Source: Candidatus Parcubacteria bacterium (GTDB taxonomy: Bacteria; Patescibacteriota; Minisyncoccia; UBA6257; 2-01-FULL-56-20). Taken from it: a stretch of DNA of 64,000 nt. The position numbers and the translations under genes are program-made. The stretch is from positions 205,007-269,006 of the forward strand of contig DAIDJL010000002.1 in assembly GCA_027450205.1 (NCBI GenBank), in the 5' to 3' direction. A model generated the notes under the pieces. It did not search any database, was not told where the DNA came from, and saw only the letters and a program-made list of their open reading frames with translations. This document shows, piece by piece, positions 56,495 through 64,000 of the stretch; within the stretch, counting starts at the first letter, position 1, and the number at the start of each line of letters is the position of its first letter.

Positions 56495-57745
56495 ATGAAC
56501 TATTTCGAAGTACAAAAACACGATCCGCAGGTATACGAGATCATCAAGCGCGAGGAGCAGCGGCAGAAAGAAGGCATCGAATTGATCGCAAGCGAGAATT
56601 ATGTTTCCGCGGCGGTGCTTGAGGCGATGGGCTCCGTGCTCACCAATAAATATAGTGAAGGCTATCCGGGTAAGCGCTATTACGGCGGCAACGAGATCAT
56701 CGATCAGGCTGAGACATTGGCAATCGAACGCGCGAAGGAGTTGTTCGGTGCGGAGCATGTGAACGTGCAGCCGCTTTCAGGTTCGCCGGCGAATCTGGCT
56801 GTGTATATGGCGCTCTTACAGCCGGGCGACAAGGTATTGGGATTTTCGCTTGACCAGGGCGGACATCTTTCGCACGGGCACCCGCTCAATTTTTCCGGAA
56901 AGCTGTATACGATCATTCCCTATTTCGTAAATAAAGAAACCGAGATCATCGACATGGACGAAGTGGAAGCGATCGCGATGCGCGAGAAGCCAAAAATGAT
57001 CCTGGCCGGATTCTCCGCGTACTCGCGCTCGATGGACTGGGCGCGTTTCCGCGCGATCGCGGACAAGGTGGGCGCGTTCCTCTTCGCCGATATTGCGCAT
57101 ATCGCGGGACTCGTGGCGGGGAAGCAGCTTGAGAATCCGGTGCCGTTCTGTGATGTTGTTTCAACGACCACTCATAAGACCTTGCGCGGCCCGCGCGGCG
57201 CGATGATCATGTGCTGCGAGCAGTTCGCATCCGCGATCGATAAAGCGGTGTTTCCCGGAGTGCAGGGCGGCCCGCACGATCATATCAATGCCGCAAAAGC
57301 GGTGGCGTATGGCGAGGCGCTCAAGCCGGAGTTCGTGGAATATTCCAAAGCGGTGATCGCGAACGCCCGTGCGCTCGCGGCCGCACTGCAGGGGAAGGGG
57401 TACCGTATCATATCCGGGGGTACGGATAACCATCTGATGCTTGTCGATCTTTTTGGCAGCAAGAATATCACTGGCAAGGAGGCGGAAAAGGCTTTGGAAA
57501 AAGTCGGCATCTCGATCAATAAGAATATGATCCCGTTCGATCCGCGAAAGCCGCTCGACCCGTCAGGGATTCGTCTGGGCACGCCGGCACTCACCACGCG
57601 CGGCGCCGGTGAAGGCGACATGAAGACGGTTGCTGACCTGATGGACGAAACGCTTGCGCATCGCGAAGACGATGCGGCGCTTGCGGCGGTCCGGGAGAAA
57701 GTGAAGAAATTCTCGCTGCGATTCCCCGTGCCTGGGATTGAATAA
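56495..57745 (+). CDS. glyA: Serine hydroxymethyltransferase
   Basis: LIASEN, NKYSEGYPGKRYYGG, TTHKTLRGPRG. Confidence 0.98.
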   Translation: MNYFEVQKHDPQVYEIIKREEQRQKEGIELIASENYVSAAVLEAMGSVLTNKYSEGYPGKRYYGGNEIIDQAETLAIERAKELFGAEHVNVQPLSGSPANLAVYMALLQPGDKVLGFSLDQGGHLSHGHPLNFSGKLYTIIPYFVNKETEIIDMDEVEAIAMREKPKMILAGFSAYSRSMDWARFRAIADKVGAFLFADIAHIAGLVAGKQLENPVPFCDVVSTTTHKTLRGPRGAMIMCCEQFASAIDKAVFPGVQGGPHDHINAAKAVAYGEALKPEFVEYSKAVIANARALAAALQGKGYRIISGGTDNHLMLVDLFGSKNITGKEAEKALEKVGISINKNMIPFDPRKPLDPSGIRLGTPALTTRGAGEGDMKTVADLMDETLAHREDDAALAAVREKVKKFSLRFPVPGIE

Positions 57746-57764
57746 ATCGGTTAATCTATTTTTA

Positions 57765-58379
57765 ATGTCGGCAGTCGCGCATCATAAAAAAATCGCCCAC
57801 CTCAAAAAGAGTGATCCGATATTGGGAGCCGTCATCGAGGCGACCACGCTGCGCGAGATCACCATCACCCGCGCGCCGTTCGAAGCGCTCGTGGAGGCGA
57901 TCGTGAGCCAGCAGCTTTCGATCAAGGCGGCCGACACGATCTTCAGCCGGCTTGCCGCGCTTACGCCCGGGAAGAAGTTTCCGACGCCGCGCCAGATCCT
58001 CGCGATACCCGCATCCAAGATGCGCAAATGCGGCCTATCTAAAATGAAAGTGAGCTTTATAAAAGACCTCGCGCGCAAAACACTCGACGGCACACTCGAT
58101 TTTAGGCACATGGATACGATGAGCGACGAGGAGGTCATTGAGCATCTCGTGAATGTAAAGGGGATCGGGCGTTGGACGGCGGAAATGTTCCTTATCTTTT
58201 CGTTAAAACGCGACGATGTGTTTTCGTTCGGCGATCTTGGCTTGCGCAACGGCCTCAAAAAGATATATAAGTTGAAAGGCGCACCGACGCCCGCGCAGGC
58301 CGCGCGCATCACGGCAAAGTGGAAGCCGTATCGGAGCTTGGGTGCGCGCTATCTCTGGGCAAGTTTGGATAACAGATAA
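57765..58379 (+). CDS. DNA-3-methyladenine glycosylase (AlkA/HhH-GPD family)
   Basis: IVSQQLS, KGIGRWTAEM, DLG, WKPYRS. Confidence 0.92.
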   Translation: MSAVAHHKKIAHLKKSDPILGAVIEATTLREITITRAPFEALVEAIVSQQLSIKAADTIFSRLAALTPGKKFPTPRQILAIPASKMRKCGLSKMKVSFIKDLARKTLDGTLDFRHMDTMSDEEVIEHLVNVKGIGRWTAEMFLIFSLKRDDVFSFGDLGLRNGLKKIYKLKGAPTPAQAARITAKWKPYRSLGARYLWASLDNR

Positions 58380-58411
58380 AGATTAAAAAAATCGTTAAAA
58401 TAAAAAACAGC

Positions 58412-59254
58412 ATGATCATTGACGGCAAACTCATCGCAAACGATATTATAGAGCGTCTGCGCGCATTGCCTCGGCCAGCCGGAAAGTTTTTCGGCGCGGT
58501 GGTGGTGGGCGACGATCCCGCATCACTCAATTTTTTAAAACAGAAAGAGCGCGTCGCGCGTGAGCTTGGCATTGAGTTCCGATTGCATCAGTTACCGTTG
58601 GGTATTACGACCGACGCTTTGCGCGCGGAGATCGGTCGGCTCGCATCGCCAAAAACATGCGGGGCATTTATTGTGCAGTTGCCGTTGCCGGAGTCGATCA
58701 ATCGATATTATGTTTTGAATGCGATCCCAAAGGAGAAAGATGTTGATTGTTTAAGCGAGGCGGCACTCGGCGCGTTCTACACGGAGCGCGGGAAGATCGT
58801 GCCGCCATCGGTGGCGACCGTTGAGAAAATTTTGGCGCACGCGCAACGCGACATTTCCGACGCGGCTGCGCCCGGCGCGTTGCGTGAGCTGAAGGCGGTC
58901 GTGATCGGCGCAGGGTTTTTGATCGGCAAGCCCGTCGGCTTTTGGTTGCAAAATCGCGTGGCGGAACTGGTGGTTCTGGATGCCGCGGTAAAAAATATCC
59001 ACGACAAGCTGGGCGACGCGGATATCGTGGTCGCGGGAGCGGGCCATGCCAAGCTCTTTAATGCGAACAACCTCAAGGATGGCGCGATTGTGATCGATTT
59101 TGGTTTCAATCACGATGCCAACGGCAAGATCGTCGGCGACTTCGACCCCGCCGGCGCGCACGATAAAAACATCGCGTACACCCGGACTCCCGGCGGCACC
59201 GGTCCGGTGCTCGTGGCTGAGCTGTACGAAAACTTTTACAAAATGAACTCTTAG
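58412..59254 (+). CDS. folD: Methylenetetrahydrofolate dehydrogenase/cyclohydrolase
   Basis: IIDGK, VGDDPAS, VQLPLP, KDVD, PGGTGP. Confidence 0.92.
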   Translation: MIIDGKLIANDIIERLRALPRPAGKFFGAVVVGDDPASLNFLKQKERVARELGIEFRLHQLPLGITTDALRAEIGRLASPKTCGAFIVQLPLPESINRYYVLNAIPKEKDVDCLSEAALGAFYTERGKIVPPSVATVEKILAHAQRDISDAAAPGALRELKAVVIGAGFLIGKPVGFWLQNRVAELVVLDAAVKNIHDKLGDADIVVAGAGHAKLFNANNLKDGAIVIDFGFNHDANGKIVGDFDPAGAHDKNIAYTRTPGGTGPVLVAELYENFYKMNS

Positions 59255-59329
59255 TGGTGCGCGCTGAGGGAGTTGAACCCCCGACCCACTCGGTGTAAAC
59301 GAGTTGCTCTACCGCTGAGCTAAGCGCGC
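59255..59329 (-). tRNA. tRNA-Val (TAC)
   Basis: Cloverleaf; anticodon loop TTTACAC; encoded CCA. Confidence 0.93.
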
Positions 59330-59486
59330 CGACGAAAAGAATAGTAGCGAAAATGGGCGCACTTTGCAATCGGCAAGAATTTTTATCCCCAGAAGAGTGT
59401 GGGTTATGCACAGCTTTTTCAGAAATATCATCTATAATGAATTTAGGCATTTTAATTTTTGATCAAACAAGCGGGGAGGCTGAATC

Positions 59487-59708
59487 ATGACCGGTGTTTT
59501 GGTTACTGTGGAATGTGGGGGGAGATGCGGGCACGTTGCGAACATCCCTGGCAGTGCGGCTTGCGACCTGTTTCTCGAGAATGGAAAGAGAGATCCAGAT
59601 CGGCTGGTTCTCTGCGTCGACTGTCAGATATGGTTTGCGACGATGGTGGCTTGGGCCACTCCGAGCAGAATTAGCGAGCCAGTGCCGCTTGCAACGATCG
59701 AAAAATGA
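59487..59708 (+). CDS. Small Cys-rich hypothetical protein
   Basis: GGAGG RBS; C-x3-C and CxxC; hairpin at 59733-59757. Confidence 0.5.
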   Translation: MTGVLVTVECGGRCGHVANIPGSAACDLFLENGKRDPDRLVLCVDCQIWFATMVAWATPSRISEPVPLATIEK

Positions 59709-59813
59709 TTCGCGACGTCTAGGTGGCGTTCGCGGGGCCCCGATTTTTTCGGGGCCTCTTTCTCGGGAAACAGTAACAGGATCGCCTTCTTGGACAATCC
59801 TGTTTTTGATCTG

Positions 59814-59884
59814 TCGGGCCGCAGGGAATTGGACCCTGTCTACCTGCTCCCAAAGCAGGCGTACTACCGGTATACGACGGCCCG
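59814..59884 (-). tRNA. tRNA-Pro (TGG)
   Basis: CGGGCCG...CGGCCCG-A; anticodon loop TTTGGGA. Confidence 0.92.
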
Positions 59885-59979
59885 TTATACATCGGCGCAT
59901 CACGCGCCGCACAAGCCTCTTTAAAGTATCCTACTTTTGGTTTAGAATCAATGCGACGAAAGCAATTCGTGCGATCCAT

Positions 59980-60051
59980 GCCCCTGTAGCTCAATGGATA
60001 GAGCAGGTCTCTTCTAAGGACTTGATGTGGGTTCGATTCCTACCGGGGGCA
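59980..60051 (+). tRNA. tRNA-Arg (TCT)
   Basis: Cloverleaf; anticodon loop CTTCTAA. Confidence 0.93.
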
Positions 60052-60070
60052 CAGGAAAAATATTATTAAA

Positions 60071-60108
60071 TAAAAATAGAGCAATGGTCCAGCCATGCTC
60101 TATTTTTA
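60071..60108. terminator. Bidirectional terminator between convergent tRNAs
   Basis: taaaaatagagca...tgctctattttta. Confidence 0.7.
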
Positions 60109-60115
60109 CAAACTG

Positions 60116-60186
60116 TGCCGCGAGAGAGAATCGAACTCACTTACTCCGCTCTTCAGGCGGATGCTCTACCATTGAGCTATCGCGGC
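60116..60186 (-). tRNA. tRNA-Phe (GAA)
   Basis: GCCGCGA...TCGCGGC-A; anticodon loop CTGAAGA. Confidence 0.93.
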
Positions 60187-60215
60187 CCTGCAATTTCAGG
60201 TATAAGGATACCCGA

Positions 60216-61310
60216 TTATTTCTTCGTTTTCAAAGTGATGCGCTTCTCTTCCTGTTTGACGGTGTCGATGACGAACGGATAGCTCTCGCCGATGGTGAGC
60301 GCTTTCTTCATCTCATCCTGGCCGCCGAATTCGGAGATGTGCACCATGCCCTGGAGGTCGCCATCAAGCGCGACCACTGCGCCGAACGGATTGAACTTAT
60401 ATACCTTGCCCTGGACGGTTTCGCCCGGCTTGAAGAGTTCGCCGGCTTTGACCCATGGATCTTCCTTGAGCGCCTTGAGAGAAAGGAAAACGCGGCCCTC
60501 TTTAATATCAATGATCTTCGCTTTGAGCGGATCGTTTACCTTAACGAGTTCCTTCGGGTTATCGATCAATTTGTAATCGAGCTCGGAGATGTGGATCATG
60601 CCCTCGATCTGCGGGTTATCGGTAAAGCGGACGAACACGCCGAAATCCGCGGTGCCGGATACCATGCAGTCCACTATCTGGCCGATCGTATACGCGTTGA
60701 GCAGTTCTTTGACGTTTGCCGAGAGCACTTCGCGCTCGGAGACGATCACTTTATTCGTGCGCGGATTGACGTCGATGATCTTGACGTTCAGTTCCTGCCC
60801 GACGAACTTTTTCAGCTCTTCGGCGATCTTGATGCGGTCGCCGTCCGGAACTTTCGGATAGTGCTCGAGTGAAAGCTGTGAGACGGGAAGGAACGCCTTG
60901 AGATCGTCCGCGACGACGGTCATGAGCCCGCCCGCGTTCGCGCCGGCGATTTTTGCCTTGATGACCTCGCCGGACTCGGCGAGGTCCTTTGCGAGCTGCC
61001 AGAGCTTCTGCTTGCCGGCTTCGGAGAGCGAAAGCTCGATATTGCCTTCTTCGCCGTCAAGCGCGACGATCTTTGCCTGGAGCGAATCGCCGGGCTTGAG
61101 AGCACGCAATGCCTCGCGCGCATTCGCGATCTCCACGCCGAACACGATGCCGGTGCCAAAGCGGCCCATGTCAAAATAGGCTTTGCGGGGGAGTTTCTTT
61201 AAGAGCGTGACCTCGACGACGCTGCCCTCTTTCGGCCAGTCGGTGGTGGAGATCTCCGTCTTGATGGCCGCCGCGACCGCGGAAGCCTTTGGTTCTTCTG
61301 TTTGTGGCAT
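60216..61310 (-). CDS. rpsA: 30S ribosomal protein S1 (four S1 domains)
   Basis: AFLPVSQL, FGVFV, GMIHISEL, LSLKAL..DPW. Confidence 0.9.
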   Translation of the reverse strand: MPQTEEPKASAVAAAIKTEISTTDWPKEGSVVEVTLLKKLPRKAYFDMGRFGTGIVFGVEIANAREALRALKPGDSLQAKIVALDGEEGNIELSLSEAGKQKLWQLAKDLAESGEVIKAKIAGANAGGLMTVVADDLKAFLPVSQLSLEHYPKVPDGDRIKIAEELKKFVGQELNVKIIDVNPRTNKVIVSEREVLSANVKELLNAYTIGQIVDCMVSGTADFGVFVRFTDNPQIEGMIHISELDYKLIDNPKELVKVNDPLKAKIIDIKEGRVFLSLKALKEDPWVKAGELFKPGETVQGKVYKFNPFGAVVALDGDLQGMVHISEFGGQDEMKKALTIGESYPFVIDTVKQEEKRITLKTKK

Positions 61311-61334
61311 GAGGATGATTATATCAGCGATTTC

Positions 61335-61465
61335 CGCTTTTGCAAGAGCAGGGCACATCTTTCGAAAGGACGGCGTTCCGGTCTGCTGACCGGCCGCCTT
61401 GGCGCTCGGCACCTTCATGCCTCCGCGGCACCTTTCAAAAGATGTGCCCTGCTCTTGCAAAAGCG
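61335..61465. repeat. 35-bp inverted repeat element
   Basis: 61335-61369 vs 61431-61465, 34/35 match. Confidence 0.85.
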
Positions 61466-61527
61466 AAGACCTTCTACATATTTTGGGCTGGAATTTTGCT
61501 TCGGTTTCTGCTAAAATATATCCATAT

Positions 61528-62115
61528 ATGGTCATCAACTACTTCGGAAACGGCTGTTTTCGTTTGCAAAGCGGAGACACTTCCGTGCTCGTGAATCCCG
61601 AGAACAACAGGCTTAAGGCAGATGTGACGCTAAAGACCCTTACGGCGACCGTGCCTGATGCGGCGGCAGCCGGCGACGGTGAGAAGGGCGACGAGGTTGT
61701 GATTTCTTTTGCGGGCGAGTACGAAGAAAAGGAGATCGAGATTCTGGGATTTAGCGTACCGGAAGAGTCGACGGATAAATTTTTGAAGACGGCCTATGCG
61801 GTGTTGTGGGAAGGGATGAAGTTCGTGTTCCTCGGCCATCTTTCCAAGCCGATCGACGCGGCGCTGATGGAGGAATTCTCGGAGCCGGATGTGCTGTTCC
61901 TGCCGGTGGGCGGCGGTCACTTTCTGGAGCCGGAGGTCGCGGCGAAGATCGCGAAGCAGCTCGAGGCGCGCGTCGTGATCCCGAGCTTCTATAAAACACC
62001 GGCGGAATTTTTGAAGGCCTCCGGCAAAAAGGGCGAGGAGATGGAAAAATTCGTCTTTAAACAGAAGGATATCGCCGGCGATCGCGGCCGTGTGGTGATC
62101 CTGAACGCAATCTAA
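61528..62115 (+). CDS. MBL-fold hydrolase-like protein (Lactamase_B_3 type, degenerate)
   Basis: YFGNGCF, GEYE, DVLFLPVGG, VIP. Confidence 0.75.
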   Translation: MVINYFGNGCFRLQSGDTSVLVNPENNRLKADVTLKTLTATVPDAAAAGDGEKGDEVVISFAGEYEEKEIEILGFSVPEESTDKFLKTAYAVLWEGMKFVFLGHLSKPIDAALMEEFSEPDVLFLPVGGGHFLEPEVAAKIAKQLEARVVIPSFYKTPAEFLKASGKKGEEMEKFVFKQKDIAGDRGRVVILNAI

Positions 62116-62468
62116 TGTTGGAAGAATTGCAGTCGCTTAGTCCGGAAAAGAAAAAGCAAGTGCTTATCGTCGCCACCATCATTATTATGGCTATTATCAT
62201 CGGAGTGTGGGTATCATATTTCAACAGCATTGTGATCGGATCGGTGCAGGAGACGGCTACGGAGTTAACATCAAGCGCGACGGCGACTCCGGCGTCCGCT
62301 CCGACTCCGGCTCCGGCTCCGGCTCCGGCGGCCGCGCCCGCCGTGTCCCAGGCAGGCGGCCCTGGCGTGTGGCAAAATATGGAGAACTGGTTCGGATCCG
62401 CCTTCGGATCCGTTGCGAACATTTTCCGGAAACCATCGCAATATAATATTCAACCGCAGGGCAATTAA
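62115..62468 (+). CDS. Membrane-anchored hypothetical protein
   Basis: TM helix plus PA-rich linker. Confidence 0.7.
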   Translation: MLEELQSLSPEKKKQVLIVATIIIMAIIIGVWVSYFNSIVIGSVQETATELTSSATATPASAPTPAPAPAPAAAPAVSQAGGPGVWQNMENWFGSAFGSVANIFRKPSQYNIQPQGN

Positions 62469-62488
62469 CAGAGAAAAATATCTTTACC

Positions 62489-64000
62489 ATGGCAGACATT
62501 GAACCACGAGAAATAACGAGCGAACTTGGCGAATCGTACCTGGATTACGCGATGTCGGTGATCGTCGCGCGCGCCCTGCCGGACGTCCGCGACGGCATGA
62601 AGCCGGTGCACCGTCGCGTGCTCTGGGCGATGTGGGACACCGGGCTCACGAGCACGGCCAAATTCCGCAAGTCGGCGAATGTCGTCGGTGAGACGATGGC
62701 GAAATACCATCCGCACGGCGACACGGCGATCTATGACACGATGGTGCGCATGGCGCAGGATTTTTCACTGCGTTATCCGCTCGTGCGCGGGCAGGGAAAC
62801 TTCGGTTCGGTGGACGGCGATCCGCCGGCGGCCATGCGTTACACCGAGGCGAAGCTTGCGGCGATCGCGAACGAGATGATGGGTGATATTGAAAAGGAAA
62901 CGGTCAACTGGATCCCCAACTATGACGCAACGCGCGACGAACCGACCGTGCTCCCGGCGCGGCTTCCGAACCTCCTTTTGAACGGCGCACTCGGCATCGC
63001 CGTCGGTATGGCAACAAGCATCCCCCCGCACAATCTCAACGAGGTTGCGGACGCCATTCTTCACCTTGCCGATAATGAGGATGCGACAAGCGAAGATCTG
63101 CTGCAGTTCATCAAGGGTCCGGATTTTCCGACCGGCGGCATCATCTACGACGCGAAGGCCATCAAGGAGGCATATGTTTCCGGGCGCGGTGCGATACTCG
63201 CCCGTGCGAAGGCGGAGATCGTGGAAAAGAAAAACAGCCGGCAGTTCGACATCGTCATTACCGAGATCCCGTACATGGTCAACAAGGCAGAGCTTATCAA
63301 GACGATCGCCGAGCTCGCGACGGAAAAAAAGATCGAGGGCATCCGCGACTTGCGTGACGAATCCGACCGCGAAGGCATGCGGATCGTGATTGAACTCAAG
63401 AACGATGTCGCGCCGCAGAAGGTGCTGAACTGGCTCTATAAGCACACTGACCTTGAGCGCAACTTTAATATGAACATGATCGCGTTGATGCCGGACCTTA
63501 CGCCGCAGCTCCTCACGCTCCGCGATGTCCTTGTGGAATACATCAAGCACCGGAAAGAGATCGTTACCCGCCGCACCAAGTTCGACCTTCGTAAGGCGGA
63601 GGAACGCGCGCATATTCTGGAAGGCCTCATGATCGCGCTCGATGCAATTGACCGTGTGATCGCTACGATCAGAAAGTCAGAGGATAAGGAGGTCGCGCAC
63701 ACGAACCTGATGAAGTTGTTCAAGTTGAGCGACCTGCAGGCGACGGCGATTTTGGAAATGCGGCTGCAGACGCTCGCGGCGCTCGAGCGGCTTAAGATCG
63801 AAGCCGAGCTCAAGGAAAAGCACGCGCTCATCGCGGAACTGAAATTGATATTAAAGAGCCCGGCGCGGATTTTGAAGATCATTAAGGATGAAGTGGCCGA
63901 GCTCAAAGAAAGATACGGCGATGAGCGGCGCACGAAGGTGGTCGTGCGCGCGGTGGAATCCGTGAGCGATGAGGACCTGATCCCGGAGGAGGAGGCGATC
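62489..64000 (+). CDS. gyrA: DNA gyrase subunit A (partial, runs off window end)
   Basis: Manual translation: [42 protein letters not shown]. Confidence 0.97.
   Translation, partial: MADIEPREITSELGESYLDYAMSVIVARALPDVRDGMKPVHRRVLWAMWDTGLTSTAKFRKSANVVGETMAKYHPHGDTAIYDTMVRMAQDFSLRYPLVRGQGNFGSVDGDPPAAMRYTEAKLAAIANEMMGDIEKETVNWIPNYDATRDEPTVLPARLPNLLLNGALGIAVGMATSIPPHNLNEVADAILHLADNEDATSEDLLQFIKGPDFPTGGIIYDAKAIKEAYVSGRGAILARAKAEIVEKKNSRQFDIVITEIPYMVNKAELIKTIAELATEKKIEGIRDLRDESDREGMRIVIELKNDVAPQKVLNWLYKHTDLERNFNMNMIALMPDLTPQLLTLRDVLVEYIKHRKEIVTRRTKFDLRKAEERAHILEGLMIALDAIDRVIATIRKSEDKEVAHTNLMKLFKLSDLQATAILEMRLQTLAALERLKIEAELKEKHALIAELKLILKSPARILKIIKDEVAELKERYGDERRTKVVVRAVESVSDEDLIPEEEAI

Noticed and set aside
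61311-61538. N-terminal extensions of rpsA and the MBL gene in the ORF track
   Set aside because: They run through the inverted-repeat element; better starts are at 61310 and 61528.
62465-63933. Minus-strand ORFs over gyrA, and similar antisense ORFs across the GC-rich genes
   Set aside because: They are shadow ORFs of well-supported genes on the opposite strand.

Overview
This is a 64-kb chromosomal segment of a bacterium using genetic code 11. Gene families and style point to CPR/Patescibacteria, probably Parcubacteria (inference). Core genes are ftsH (8.8-10.6 kb) and glyA, an AlkA-type glycosylase, folD, rpsA, an MBL hydrolase and partial gyrA (56.5-64 kb). There are seven tRNAs (Gly-TCC, Ile-TAT, His-GTG, Val-TAC, Pro-TGG, Arg-TCT, Phe-GAA). 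The main discovery is two tRNA-anchored tandem cassette arrays. Downstream of tRNA-Gly (1-7.7 kb) and of tRNA-His (24.7-56.3 kb), cargo segments of 1-29 kb are separated by repeated att-like sites. Each site shares a 7-8 bp core with the 3' end of the respective tRNA and carries a GAACC motif shifted exactly 5 bp relative to the tRNA T-loop copy, which is the attP/attB geometry of large serine recombinases. Each site also encodes a conserved in-frame peptide (W/L-V-x-D/E-V-R-T). In a circular form this peptide would extend the recombinase, whose ORF is cut by a tRNA-derived TAA in the integrated state. A complete recombinase sits at tRNA-His; only a 35-codon remnant remains at tRNA-Gly. The small Gly cassettes share one layout: att, terminator, gene, overlapping bidirectional sigma70 promoter, gene, terminator. 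Other content includes an ECF-sigma-controlled flavinylation/redox cluster, a CsoR-controlled copper/thiol-redox island, several candidate structured ncRNAs and a possible defence pair. All protein calls come from motif recognition by eye, not database searches.
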